IMG/VR virus record: IMGVR_UViG_3300046171_000110
Span: 26,794-90,793 of that record
Strand: one strand, 5' to 3'
DNA: 64,000 nt
Source: a virus
Below the pieces are notes generated by a model that worked only from the letters and a program-made list of their open reading frames with translations, ran no database searches and was not told where the DNA came from. Below are positions 41,399 to 51,198 of this stretch, piece after piece. The first letter of the stretch is position 1. Each line of letters starts with the position of its first letter. Made by a program: the position numbers and the translations under genes.

Positions 41399-41812
41399 TC
41401 AAGAACAGATTACCCACAAATTCATAGGAACTACTGGTGTACCACCTGCGGTAAATGTTAACGAATCGTTGGTGTTTGTCTCTGTGCTAATTACTGCACC
41501 GACACCCGCTAATCCTCCGTTAGAACCACATATTACTGCGTGTATCTTACTTGCTCCGCCGCCAATAGTTGCGACATCACCTGTTGCCATTACTGTAGTT
41601 ACTTGGAAACATGCTAGTTTAAGTCCCGGTGCCGCTTTTCCATCTGCGTTAGATGCGTTAAAGCCTGTTAGTGAACCCGGATAAGAACCACCTGAGTTTC
41701 CATCTAGCCAGTTTGTATCACTGCCTATTGTTCCTGCATATAATTCCAACTCAAATAAGTTTTCGTATACACCTGCGTCTCCTGATTTTTTGGTTAATGT
41801 TATTGCTGCCAT
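41399..41812 (-). CDS. Putative capsid decoration protein
   Basis: 137 aa G/A/T-rich protein directly after MCP; GGAGATGA RBS. Confidence 0.5.
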   Translation of the reverse strand: MAAITLTKKSGDAGVYENLFELELYAGTIGSDTNWLDGNSGGSYPGSLTGFNASNADGKAAPGLKLACFQVTTVMATGDVATIGGGASKIHAVICGSNGGLAGVGAVISTETNTNDSLTFTAGGTPVVPMNLWVICS

Positions 41813-41851
41813 ATTTAATCATCTCCTAATATTTTATTCTCCATGTTATCC

Positions 41852-43021
41852 TCATTGAAGGTCACGAATTGAACCTTGTCCTCCAAAGAAAGTTGTCCAT
41901 ACTTCACCCATTGTTCGGTAAAGTCCCTCTTGACCGAGGCGGTTAATGGCGAATGGGTCTCCAGTTTCAATTCCAGACTCAAAGTATTGAGTTGGTTTTG
42001 CAGTACTGTAGTACAAGTAATCAGTGTCTAGCATGTAAACTCTGCTAATTCCGTCTCCTTCGACATCCTTAGATGGAATGATTGGTACACCATTGTAAGT
42101 TGCTACAATGAAACCTGCTTCCATACCCGGTACACCTTTTACACCGTTGTAAGTTGGTACAACACGCTTCTCTTCCATGAATCTTTGTTGACTTTGTAGT
42201 AGTTGTTGAAGTCTCATCAAAGTATCATATCCAGTTAGCATAACCTTTGGATTTCCACCTCTCTGCCAAATCTTTCTGAATAGTTCATCAAAGTGGTCGA
42301 GAGATAGAGTTCTGTTGGTAGGAGTACCAGAAACACCGTTAACCGACATCTCAGCGTTAGCCCATGATGCGTTAGCCTCACGGTCTATTGAATAGATATC
42401 TAAGTCAGTTGCTGCGCTGAGGTGACCTGTTCCGTCTGCGATTGCACTTGTGCTGGTAGTTAGAGAGCCAGCGTGACCAGCGGTGACACGGTCAAGTGAC
42501 TCGATATCATTACCTGCTGGGTTGTCGGCATCTCTAAGTAGCATTTTGTTAATCATCTCTGCGTGGTGCTTACCCATTTCTTCTTTCAAAACTGAGCGAA
42601 TGTCACCTAGACCGTCATCCTTGTCGTTAAGGAAGATTGCTACTTCAGACATGTCGAATGAGTGAGCAACGGTTTTTGGCTTTGCTGCAACATTTTGGAA
42701 AGTTGGCTTTTGAGTTTCAGGTAGAGTACCGTTCTCTGCAATTCCACCGCCAACGGTAGCAGAAGGCTTAGCGGTTACTACACGCCATCCACTTCTGTCC
42801 CATGGCTTCTTAGGTAGGATAGAGAAAGCGTTGAACTCTTGGTTCAACTGACTCCATACTTTTCTACCGTAGATTGCTTGGTATGTTCCTGCTGTTGTGC
42901 TCAATAGAGGAGCATCTGCTTTCAATAGTTCTGAACCAGAGTAGGAATATCCCATGCTTTGTCCAGCACCGTAGTAGTAGCGCTCCATATCATTTACTGT
43001 TCTCATATAATTTCTTGCCAT
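41852..43021 (-). CDS. Major capsid protein (HK97 fold)
   Basis: 389 aa after protease; GGIAENG, PKTVAHSF.MSE, YNGVPII, MLDTDYL; strong GGAGG RBS. Confidence 0.9.
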   Translation of the reverse strand: MARNYMRTVNDMERYYYGAGQSMGYSYSGSELLKADAPLLSTTAGTYQAIYGRKVWSQLNQEFNAFSILPKKPWDRSGWRVVTAKPSATVGGGIAENGTLPETQKPTFQNVAAKPKTVAHSFDMSEVAIFLNDKDDGLGDIRSVLKEEMGKHHAEMINKMLLRDADNPAGNDIESLDRVTAGHAGSLTTSTSAIADGTGHLSAATDLDIYSIDREANASWANAEMSVNGVSGTPTNRTLSLDHFDELFRKIWQRGGNPKVMLTGYDTLMRLQQLLQSQQRFMEEKRVVPTYNGVKGVPGMEAGFIVATYNGVPIIPSKDVEGDGISRVYMLDTDYLYYSTAKPTQYFESGIETGDPFAINRLGQEGLYRTMGEVWTTFFGGQGSIRDLQ

Positions 43022-43033
43022 TCATATTCCTCC

Positions 43034-44425
43034 TTAGTTGTTAAATACACTCCCTGCGAGTCGGTGGACTTCGTCCCAACTCATGCTTCCAAGTACCTCA
43101 GTAGATGGGATTTCTACATTAGCCATATCACTGCTCTTACGAATCGTTGATTCTGGAGCAGCGCTTGAAATGTTGTCAATTCTGTTACTCAAGTCAGATA
43201 GGGCCTTTTCGATGTTAGCAAGTGGTGTTCTTGCGTCAAAGGAAGCGGCTTCTCTTGCTTGTGCTTCTGAAGTGAGTTCTTTGTTTAGTCTGTCAGCAAA
43301 TACGCCGCTTAGGCTGTGCTTGAATTGTTCTTCAAGAGCCGCTGCTTTGTAAACTTCGTAGGCCGCTTCTACATCAGTAGGAGAAACTACACTTGGGTGT
43401 AAATAGCCTTTTGCTACTTTTCCGCCGCCACCGGAATTAATTTTACCGATTGCGCCAGTTGATGGGTTTCCGCCTTCTTGTGCTCTTCCCTTAACTTGTC
43501 CAGCAAAGTAGTCAGCACCGTCACCAATTGCTTCTGGTGTGCTACCTAGGTTGGCTTTAGAGACATTATCAAAATGATGTCTTGCGCCACCGATGTCAAC
43601 ACCTTGTGATTTCAAAGTATTTTCCATCCAGTTCAGGTATTCACTAGAAATGACATCGGAATATTCTCCTTTTGCCATGTCTTCTTTGTGCTCAGCACCG
43701 TACATCTTTTCTTCTTCGTCTTTATCGGCCATTTCTTTCGCCTCGTCTTTTTCGTCTTTATCGTCTTTCTTGTCTTCCAAGTGTTCTTTAAGACCTGCTG
43801 GCATCTCGCCCTTCTCCATTGCGTCAAGGCGGCCATTCAATCTGTCTAGTACACTTGACAATTCAGTCATTGCATCTGTTTCTGTCATATCAGTATCCTC
43901 CTTCAATATACGGAATGTCGCCTCCGGGTTTATACCTTTCTCACAAATAGTAACCTCATGTAGTTCCAGTTTGGAAATTTCAGTGTAATCGCCATGACTG
44001 GCATCACTCTTTCGCATTCTCTTGAATGCTTGTCCTCCAATACTGAAACCTCTAAGGGCTCCTTTGCGAATTTCTTTGGCAACTTCTCTTGCCTTTTCTA
44101 TGTCGTCTCGTAGTTTAATGACTACGAACATACCAGCATCATCGACACCGGATTTCCAAACTCTACCATCAGAGTCAGTATATTGTGGAATAACGCTTCC
44201 AACCTGTATGTTAGAGTGAGCAAGTTGTACATTTCGGTAACCGTCTGCTTTCATAAAGTCACCAAAAGCATTTTTCAAAGCGCCTCTAGTAATCAAATCT
44301 CCTTGCTTGTCTACCATCTCAACAGATGCGTATCCAGCGATTACCAAGTCATTATCAGCCTTGATTAAATTGATGCTACCATTGTGAGTAACCGGGGAGG
44401 TTCTCAGCATCGAACTGGCTGTCAT
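43034..44425 (-). CDS. Prohead protease (HK97 gp4-like) fused to scaffold domain
   Basis: IAGYAS..VDKQGD, catalytic H(SN), GFSIGG, LHEVTIC..GINPEA; acidic coiled-coil C-half. Confidence 0.9.
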   Translation of the reverse strand: MTASSMLRTSPVTHNGSINLIKADNDLVIAGYASVEMVDKQGDLITRGALKNAFGDFMKADGYRNVQLAHSNIQVGSVIPQYTDSDGRVWKSGVDDAGMFVVIKLRDDIEKAREVAKEIRKGALRGFSIGGQAFKRMRKSDASHGDYTEISKLELHEVTICEKGINPEATFRILKEDTDMTETDAMTELSSVLDRLNGRLDAMEKGEMPAGLKEHLEDKKDDKDEKDEAKEMADKDEEEKMYGAEHKEDMAKGEYSDVISSEYLNWMENTLKSQGVDIGGARHHFDNVSKANLGSTPEAIGDGADYFAGQVKGRAQEGGNPSTGAIGKINSGGGGKVAKGYLHPSVVSPTDVEAAYEVYKAAALEEQFKHSLSGVFADRLNKELTSEAQAREAASFDARTPLANIEKALSDLSNRIDNISSAAPESTIRKSSDMANVEIPSTEVLGSMSWDEVHRLAGSVFNN

Positions 44426-44448
44426 CGTTTCTATAGACGACACTCATA

Positions 44449-44456
44449 CTATTTAA
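44449..44456 (-). promoter_or_regulatory. Putative TATA box of the protease-MCP operon
   Basis: TTAAATAG 24-31 nt upstream of ATG 44425. Confidence 0.45.
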
Positions 44457-47400
44457 CTAAGTACGGAAAACAGCAGAGTCCTCTGTTATTTCCAAAACAC
44501 CCTCGTCTGTAGGCACAGTCATGTGCTTAGGCTTGTCTTTTGCCTCAGTTTCTTCATCTATAGAAGAATCTTCTTCCATATCCCTAACATCGTAATCAGG
44601 CATTGTCTTTTTGTCATGTAAATTAGTAGGCCCCATAGGTGATTCTATAGGTGTAGCGTAGTCTATACCTAGTCCCTTAGTACCACTACTTGATTGGCCT
44701 ACAGCGCCCACTCCACTTTTAAGTAACTTTTCTACTAACTGTAAGCCCTTAACGAGTACCTTTTCTTTTTCTTGCTTAGTCCACCATTCAGAATCTTTAA
44801 TTTTCTTAGGAGGTATGAGGGGCTTTCCTTGACCTTCTGTTTCGTGAACCTCAGCCTTATCTTCTTGCTCTTCGGCAGGTGCGGCTATCTGCACATCAGC
44901 CTTGAGCAACGCACCAGCGACTGGTGCCCAGTAAGGTCTTTGACTTTCGGACATGCGAACCAAATAACCATTAGATGCCAACGGACTGTGCGCTGTCCAA
45001 GACTGTCCTGACTGTGTACACTTGTATACAACATCGCCCTGTGGCATGACTACTCTTATACCACTACCTGCTCTATAGACTTCGCACAGCCATTGGGAAT
45101 CTTCTGCCTTAGCAAGTAATCCCAGAGTTTCTTGACTAACAAGTCCTTCTCCCTCAGCCTCTTCTTCAATCTTAGAGCCAGTTACGGTAAACAACTTCTG
45201 TCCTTCGGCTGTTTCTGATTCACCTACATTACTGACATTGACTCTAACATGGTCACCCTCGTTGTACTTTTCATCACTGTCAAATGCAGCACCAACATCC
45301 ATGTAGACTTCTCCGTCAGCCTCTACAGCCCTGTCACCTAATTCTTCATCTTTAGTAATAGGACCAGTACCCAATCGATAGGTGTAAGGGCCGTTGCCTC
45401 TTCTCTCTAAGACTCTAAGCACGACATCGTTGCCCGGACTGAGCAGCACCCACTTAGGGTGTCGAAGTTCACCAGCCATGTAAGTAGACTTAGCATCACG
45501 AAGTAACAACTTCTCATTTTCTTTCTGCAAATCCTCTACTGTAACTTTGAGACCAGCATCGTCTGTAAGCCTTGTATCGCTAGCGCTCGGAACATGTACA
45601 TTCTCAACGCCTTCCAAACCACCTCTAAGTATCTTGATTCGGTCATCTATTGGCACATCGTGTACTTCTTTATCGTCATACTTGAGAACATCAAAGATGT
45701 AGTAGCCCTCTTCAGTCTTGAATACATCTAAATGATAATCGTTATCAGTTACTTTCTTGAAGTTACTCTTGTCTTCGTCTGACAAAGTAAAGTTAGTCGA
45801 AGTAACATCATCATCTTCTTTCTTGACAAAGCCTCTTTCACCTTCTGGCATAACAGATACTATCCAGTCGCCTGTAAAACCACGCAGATGTTCGAGGTCA
45901 CCCAAATCAAAAATACGATGCATCGGTTGTAGGATAGGAACGCCTTTACCTATCTCTTTGCGGATAATGTCAGGATTAGTAAGTGTTGCTAGGTTGACAT
46001 CTTCTGACATAGCAATCGTGTTAGTTTCATTTCTACCATGCTTAAATTGAGCCGGAAAATGCTCTTCTATGTTGTATTTTTCCCAATCAGTTCCATATAA
46101 AACATCAGTCAAACCTGCTCCCCTCCATATAGCCATTGTCGGTTGAACTAACCTATCTCGTATAGGTTCAGGTAGTGGGATTATATCTATCTTCCCGTCT
46201 TTACTTATCTTGTAATCAAAGGTAATAGGGGCATTGTGACCAAACTCCATCCGATAAAGCGGTGCATTGTAAGTCGAAGCCACTATGTTGTGAGCATTTG
46301 GTCCAACTGGTTCTATCGGTTTAGTGACTCGACCACTCAGTCTAGCGGTAACTGCGGCAGGAGCAGCGCCCGGCTCGACAAATGGGTCACTATAAATCAA
46401 AGAATCGAGGGTTTGTTGTGCTCTGTAAGACTTACTAGTGCTTGCGAAATGCTTACCCTTTCTATAAGATTCGCCGTATTTTTCAGCGTGTTTGTCCTGT
46501 AACATTCTTTTGGTATCTTTGTCTAATACTAGACTAGCATTAATCATCTTCGCTTTGAAATTTTTAATATCATTTTGAACTTTATTACGCTTAGGGCCAG
46601 TGAACGCTTTACTTTCTAATTCCTGCAAAGCCGCCAATTTTTCTTTGAAGTAGTCATGCACCCTTTCATCAGGATTGACAGCGTGATGTATGTCGAAACC
46701 CATTTGATAATTTCTTTCGTCGACACCAGCCTTTTCTGCACCACCCATACCTCTTCTATGTGGCACTAATGCGTTTCTTAAATTGTTAACCATGGTGATT
46801 AAGTTACTAGCATCTTCGTTGTCAAAACCCCTAGTCTTTTTCATTTGTTCAAGCGTCGCACCAAAGTCAGCATCTGGTGTATCAAAATGATGCTTAGCAA
46901 AATTACCAATTGTCTGTATAGGCATGCTGAAATTTAACAATTCTTCTCTTAACCCTTGTTGCTGTAAATCATTTATGTAGGGAGATATGATGTCTTGATA
47001 AAAATGCCTCATAGTTTCCTGAGTGTGGTAATCTTCTGGGTCCATTCCTAACTTTTCAGCCAACCCCCCTAAGTATCTATCAAGGTTATTGTCACCACCT
47101 GCTCTAATAAAGTCCTGTAGACTAAAAACAACATCACTATTATGGGCAAAGTCTTTCGCTTTTTCTGCAATCGGATTGAAATTTTCATTCATCTCTTTTT
47201 CATCATACTCGTCTCTGGATGTGAGTGAACTCAAGCCGTGTGCTTCTGAGGGGGCTTGATGAAGATAATCATTTAGCATTCGAGCAAACTGTCTTAGGTT
47301 ACCCTCGATTATGTCAGGGGGTAGACTTCTATCAAATAATTCTGGAAACTCAGCGGCTTTTTGTTTTGCTAACTTTTCGTAGGCTTGGTCGTCAGCCTCT

Positions 47401-50039
47401 AACTTTTCCAGTAACATCTTGGTGCCTTCTGGCATCTTGTCACCAAACATCTTAGGCTCAAGTGTAGGAATCATCGACAACTGTTCTTCCAAATCCATAA
47501 GTTTGTTTTCGATTATTTGACTGGCTTCACCCTCTTCTTGAGAGGCGGCGTTTTCTAATTCCTCTATTTGACGCTTAAGATTATCAGCCCTATCTTTGTT
47601 AGCACGACTTCTGTTAACATAGCCCTCACCGTATGTTAACGGTAAGTAAACATCTTCGTTCATCGGTCTATGACCATCGTGAACTTGGCCTATCTCTACG
47701 GGTGTGCCCGGAGGACCAGCAAGATGTTTGTGATGCGCTATCAAGACTGCATCCTTACCAGCATCCTTCTCACGAGCAGCAGGGTCGTGACCGCCCCTGA
47801 AAGTAAACGGATTATGAGTTTTGAAATGACCCGTTATTTTACCTTCTAATTTATCTCTAATATCACCTTGTTCTTTATTAGTCGCCTCTGGCGAGTCAAC
47901 TGCTGCTTCATATTCATTTAGATGTAAGTTAGTGACCGCTGGATTGAGTGACTGAGCGTGTCGAGAAAAGAAATTGTTAGTTCCTACATCTTTATTAAGA
48001 TGGTTAGCAGAACCAGCAGAATGGATGTTAATTGGCTCTTCGGGGTGGGCAAAATCTACTTGTGGTTTATCACTATACTTAGAATCAACAACCTCTATTG
48101 GTCTGGGTAAGAACGGCGCAAATGCGCTTTTAGTATTGAATGTAAGGTGTTCGCCTCCATCACTATCTTCATGTATTCTTCTGTGTTCAAGTTTACCTGT
48201 ATTAGGATTCTTCATAAAAAACAGGCTTTGTTCATACCCTTTGTTATCCATAGTCACTTGGTCAGCAGGATAGCCTTCATCATAAGGTCCGACTTTTTCT
48301 TCTCCAGCCCGCATCTGAGCGAAAGCCTGTTCAAATACATCTAACTCTTCTTCTTCACCCTTGATGCCGGTCCTGAAATGATTTTTACCGTGAAGTAATG
48401 TAGCCTGATGAAGTAACTCAAACAACAATTGTGGATTCTTATTCAGCCCGCCGACTTTGAAAGGCTTACCCCAGTAAGTCGCTAAGGAATCGTTACTTGT
48501 TCCACCCTTAGTATACTCAGGGTCAAAGTCTTCTTCATCTATGTGGGGAGCGTAATGTATACTAGCCTCTCTCCTACCTATCTTACCAGCAAATATATTA
48601 CGAGTTCGATTTATTCTTTCTCGCATTATCTTGTCAACTTCTTCTTGACTGAAAGGGCCTTCTTCTGGGTTCCATCTATCCCTATAAACAGGGTGCTGGC
48701 CGGGAGCGTGTAATCTACCGTTTTTGTCTGCGCCTATCAAAGCAAGCAGGGTATCAAATTCCATACCCATCTCATGACCTAAGATTTGTGCCTCATCAGT
48801 AACTTTAGTTTTCTGACCTGCTCTTTGAATAGGAGTGAATTGTATACTGCGATTAACAACCTTATTTGGTTCATTAGGGTCAGTTGAAAGTTCGTAATTT
48901 ATGTAAGGTCTTTGACTGTAGTCGATTTCAGGTATGTTTTCCATTTCTTGTAAATAGTCCAGCGCTCTTTTGTAACCATTCTCCACAGCGCCAAACGCTG
49001 ACATGTTTTCAACTGCCCCCGGCTCTCTGGCAGCAGATGGCTCTCTTTCTCTGATTGCTTTAGTATTGAAGCCCGGTATGTGAGCCTTACCTACCCAGTG
49101 GTCAAAGATAGGCGCAAATCTATTCTGTATATTCTGCACTATTCTCGGCACCCAATCGTTACCACTCCTAAGTTTGAGAGGGTTGTTTTTATTTGTCAAA
49201 CCAAAACGAGCAATGTGGTCGTATACTTTTTGTCGCTCTTCTGGAGTTGTCCATTCCAAACCAAGCAAGTAATCAGTAAACTTTAGATTGTCTTTCCAGC
49301 CTTCTTTGGCTTCCTCCATATGCTTAATAGCAAGTCTGTGATTTATTTCATCATCATCGAATATACCTTGCTCGTGCATCTGTTGAGTCATCAAACTTAC
49401 AACTGGGTCATTGTTACTTTTCCAATCATTGAAGTGCCTTTCATAGATATCGTGATTGGTCATATCATCGGCCAAATCCCCATAGTTAGCGGTGTTTCTC
49501 AGAAACGCCGATGGACTGTATTCAGCATCTCCACTTTGTGAGTGTTTTCTGTGAAAGTGGTTAGTGATGTCAGCATGGTCACGACTAACACTTTGACCGG
49601 GGGTGTCGCCTACATAATAATTAGCCACATGGTCAGCCATGTTGTCGCCGTGTAAAGGAAACAGACTTGAACCAAAATAGTCAATGTCATGATGAGAATC
49701 GCTGTTAGGGTCACCCGGATTCATTTGGATGTTAGCCCCAGTAAAAGGTTGGCCCGGCTCAGGTGTGACGACTCTCGAAGGTTGTAAAGAGGGGTTCTGT
49801 GCTATTTCACTACCAGACATAAACTGTTCTTGGAACCAATCATGATTGTCTTTGAGGATGATATCTGCCATCTTGAGCAGTGTATCGTCTTGATTGTTTA
49901 AATCATAACCGTGTCTTTGTAAGTTAAGACTAGCAAAGTAGTATTCGGCAGCAGCGTCTGCTTTGCCTATGCCGTCGTAAATAGATTCTATGAAAGTAAA
50001 CTTAGCCCTGTCAAAGGTATCGTAATGACCTTCTCTCAT
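44457..50039 (-). CDS. Giant head-module protein (~1,860 aa) with C-terminal degenerate ATP-dependent DNA ligase fold plus OB-like domain
   Basis: WIVSVMPEGER (motif I, K replaced by M), YIFDVLKYDD..P.DDRI.IL (IIIa), STY.AG..HPKW (V); N-terminal ~1,350 aa unrecognised. Confidence 0.75.
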   Translation of the reverse strand: MREGHYDTFDRAKFTFIESIYDGIGKADAAAEYYFASLNLQRHGYDLNNQDDTLLKMADIILKDNHDWFQEQFMSGSEIAQNPSLQPSRVVTPEPGQPFTGANIQMNPGDPNSDSHHDIDYFGSSLFPLHGDNMADHVANYYVGDTPGQSVSRDHADITNHFHRKHSQSGDAEYSPSAFLRNTANYGDLADDMTNHDIYERHFNDWKSNNDPVVSLMTQQMHEQGIFDDDEINHRLAIKHMEEAKEGWKDNLKFTDYLLGLEWTTPEERQKVYDHIARFGLTNKNNPLKLRSGNDWVPRIVQNIQNRFAPIFDHWVGKAHIPGFNTKAIREREPSAAREPGAVENMSAFGAVENGYKRALDYLQEMENIPEIDYSQRPYINYELSTDPNEPNKVVNRSIQFTPIQRAGQKTKVTDEAQILGHEMGMEFDTLLALIGADKNGRLHAPGQHPVYRDRWNPEEGPFSQEEVDKIMRERINRTRNIFAGKIGRREASIHYAPHIDEEDFDPEYTKGGTSNDSLATYWGKPFKVGGLNKNPQLLFELLHQATLLHGKNHFRTGIKGEEEELDVFEQAFAQMRAGEEKVGPYDEGYPADQVTMDNKGYEQSLFFMKNPNTGKLEHRRIHEDSDGGEHLTFNTKSAFAPFLPRPIEVVDSKYSDKPQVDFAHPEEPINIHSAGSANHLNKDVGTNNFFSRHAQSLNPAVTNLHLNEYEAAVDSPEATNKEQGDIRDKLEGKITGHFKTHNPFTFRGGHDPAAREKDAGKDAVLIAHHKHLAGPPGTPVEIGQVHDGHRPMNEDVYLPLTYGEGYVNRSRANKDRADNLKRQIEELENAASQEEGEASQIIENKLMDLEEQLSMIPTLEPKMFGDKMPEGTKMLLEKLEADDQAYEKLAKQKAAEFPELFDRSLPPDIIEGNLRQFARMLNDYLHQAPSEAHGLSSLTSRDEYDEKEMNENFNPIAEKAKDFAHNSDVVFSLQDFIRAGGDNNLDRYLGGLAEKLGMDPEDYHTQETMRHFYQDIISPYINDLQQQGLREELLNFSMPIQTIGNFAKHHFDTPDADFGATLEQMKKTRGFDNEDASNLITMVNNLRNALVPHRRGMGGAEKAGVDERNYQMGFDIHHAVNPDERVHDYFKEKLAALQELESKAFTGPKRNKVQNDIKNFKAKMINASLVLDKDTKRMLQDKHAEKYGESYRKGKHFASTSKSYRAQQTLDSLIYSDPFVEPGAAPAAVTARLSGRVTKPIEPVGPNAHNIVASTYNAPLYRMEFGHNAPITFDYKISKDGKIDIIPLPEPIRDRLVQPTMAIWRGAGLTDVLYGTDWEKYNIEEHFPAQFKHGRNETNTIAMSEDVNLATLTNPDIIRKEIGKGVPILQPMHRIFDLGDLEHLRGFTGDWIVSVMPEGERGFVKKEDDDVTSTNFTLSDEDKSNFKKVTDNDYHLDVFKTEEGYYIFDVLKYDDKEVHDVPIDDRIKILRGGLEGVENVHVPSASDTRLTDDAGLKVTVEDLQKENEKLLLRDAKSTYMAGELRHPKWVLLSPGNDVVLRVLERRGNGPYTYRLGTGPITKDEELGDRAVEADGEVYMDVGAAFDSDEKYNEGDHVRVNVSNVGESETAEGQKLFTVTGSKIEEEAEGEGLVSQETLGLLAKAEDSQWLCEVYRAGSGIRVVMPQGDVVYKCTQSGQSWTAHSPLASNGYLVRMSESQRPYWAPVAGALLKADVQIAAPAEEQEDKAEVHETEGQGKPLIPPKKIKDSEWWTKQEKEKVLVKGLQLVEKLLKSGVGAVGQSSSGTKGLGIDYATPIESPMGPTNLHDKKTMPDYDVRDMEEDSSIDEETEAKDKPKHMTVPTDEGVLEITEDSAVFRT

Positions 50040-50055
50040 CCATACCACCAGCCGT

Positions 50056-50442
50056 TCAATTCAGACGGCTGGATAGTCGGTCAATAGACTTCTTCAATTC
50101 TGTTAAGGTTGGACCGTCGCCACCTTTGAAGTTTTCAAGAGCGCCTGTTGTACTGAAAGCAGTTGGATAGTAAGGTGATGTGCGTGTCAAGACATCGCTG
50201 TTTTCCATAGTTGCACCTTTGTTAGCAACATCTTCTACCCCGTCAAGTAGTACATTGTTTGTGTTGTAAAAAGCATTAGGTACACCAGACGGCTGTGCCT
50301 CGAATCGAGCATAACCTTCTTTTGAGCCTTCTTTTTGTCCAGAATAATTCGGCTCTGCTTTAGCAATACGCTCTTCTAACTTCTTTGCCTCTTTTAGCAA
50401 TCTGTCAACTTCTGGCTCTCTAGGTTCAAATCTAGGTCTCAT
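50056..50442 (-). CDS. Hypothetical head-module protein
   Basis: 128 aa in tight operon; IAKA and LKKS motifs. Confidence 0.65.
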   Translation of the reverse strand: MRPRFEPREPEVDRLLKEAKKLEERIAKAEPNYSGQKEGSKEGYARFEAQPSGVPNAFYNTNNVLLDGVEDVANKGATMENSDVLTRTSPYYPTAFSTTGALENFKGGDGPTLTELKKSIDRLSSRLN

Positions 50443-50443
50443 C

Positions 50444-50815
50444 TTAATCCATTCCTAATTCATTTCCAATTGCACCTTCTGACTTTGCTTGGTCAGCCAG
50501 TGCGTGTATATCTGCCCAATCCATGCTGTGGAAGTCAGCGTTGGTTTTGGGTATGCTCAAAGGCTCTCCGTTGTCTCCTTTTAGAAGTACATCGTCAGCA
50601 TCTCCTCTAAAGGTGTCAGGCATGACATCCTCTGGCATACGATTTCTAGCAGATACAAATCCAGCCTTTCTCAAAAGACTTGCAGGATTAGTAAGTGCTT
50701 TCTTCAATTCTGCGTTTTCTGCTTTTAACATCTGCAAACCTGCATCCATGCTTTCCATCTTAGTGATGAGAGCACCCATGAGTTTCTCAGCAACATTCTC
50801 CCCCTCGTCGCTCAT
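50444..50815 (-). CDS. Hypothetical head-module protein, scaffold-like C-terminus
   Basis: GAGGTGA RBS; C-terminal IP..ADFHSMDWADIHALA resembles the protease-scaffold end IP..EVLGSMSWDEVHRLA. Confidence 0.7.
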   Translation of the reverse strand: MSDEGENVAEKLMGALITKMESMDAGLQMLKAENAELKKALTNPASLLRKAGFVSARNRMPEDVMPDTFRGDADDVLLKGDNGEPLSIPKTNADFHSMDWADIHALADQAKSEGAIGNELGMD

Positions 50816-50824
50816 TTACTCACC

Positions 50825-51169
50825 TCAAAGTGTACGGTTTGATAGTCTACGGTTGATATTTCCAAAGCGAGAAGTTCTGATTGTTCCCGGCAAAACACTT
50901 GCTTCTGCCTTGTGAACAGTCTCGACTTCTGACATTTTCATAATAGGTACTCCACCAGCGTAGATGTCATTGACTCCTTGAATAGAATCGTCTTGCTTCA
51001 TTACAGCAGACTCAACATCACTGCTTAGGTAATCTGCATATTTCACAATTTCATTGATGTGATTTCTTGCGGAAAAGCCATCATTCTCGTCTAATGCTTT
51101 GTAAAATGCGTCTACATGAGTGCGCATTTTTCTAGCCATTGGGTCCAATTTTCTCAGGTCCATGCTCAT
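50825..51169 (-). CDS. Hypothetical head-module protein
   Basis: Follows portal; start ATG 51169 or 51163. Confidence 0.65.
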   Translation of the reverse strand: MSMDLRKLDPMARKMRTHVDAFYKALDENDGFSARNHINEIVKYADYLSSDVESAVMKQDDSIQGVNDIYAGGVPIMKMSEVETVHKAEASVLPGTIRTSRFGNINRRLSNRTL

Positions 51170-51187
51170 CTCCACTACCTTCCTTGA

Positions 51188-51194
51188 CTTTAAA
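51188..51194 (-). promoter_or_regulatory. Putative TATA box
   Basis: TTTAAAG in the gap after the portal stop, 19-31 nt from the two candidate ATGs. Confidence 0.45.
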
Positions 51195-51198
51195 CTTC

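Noticed and set aside
44457-50039. Functional replicative DNA ligase
   Set aside because: The motif I lysine and other catalytic residues are missing.
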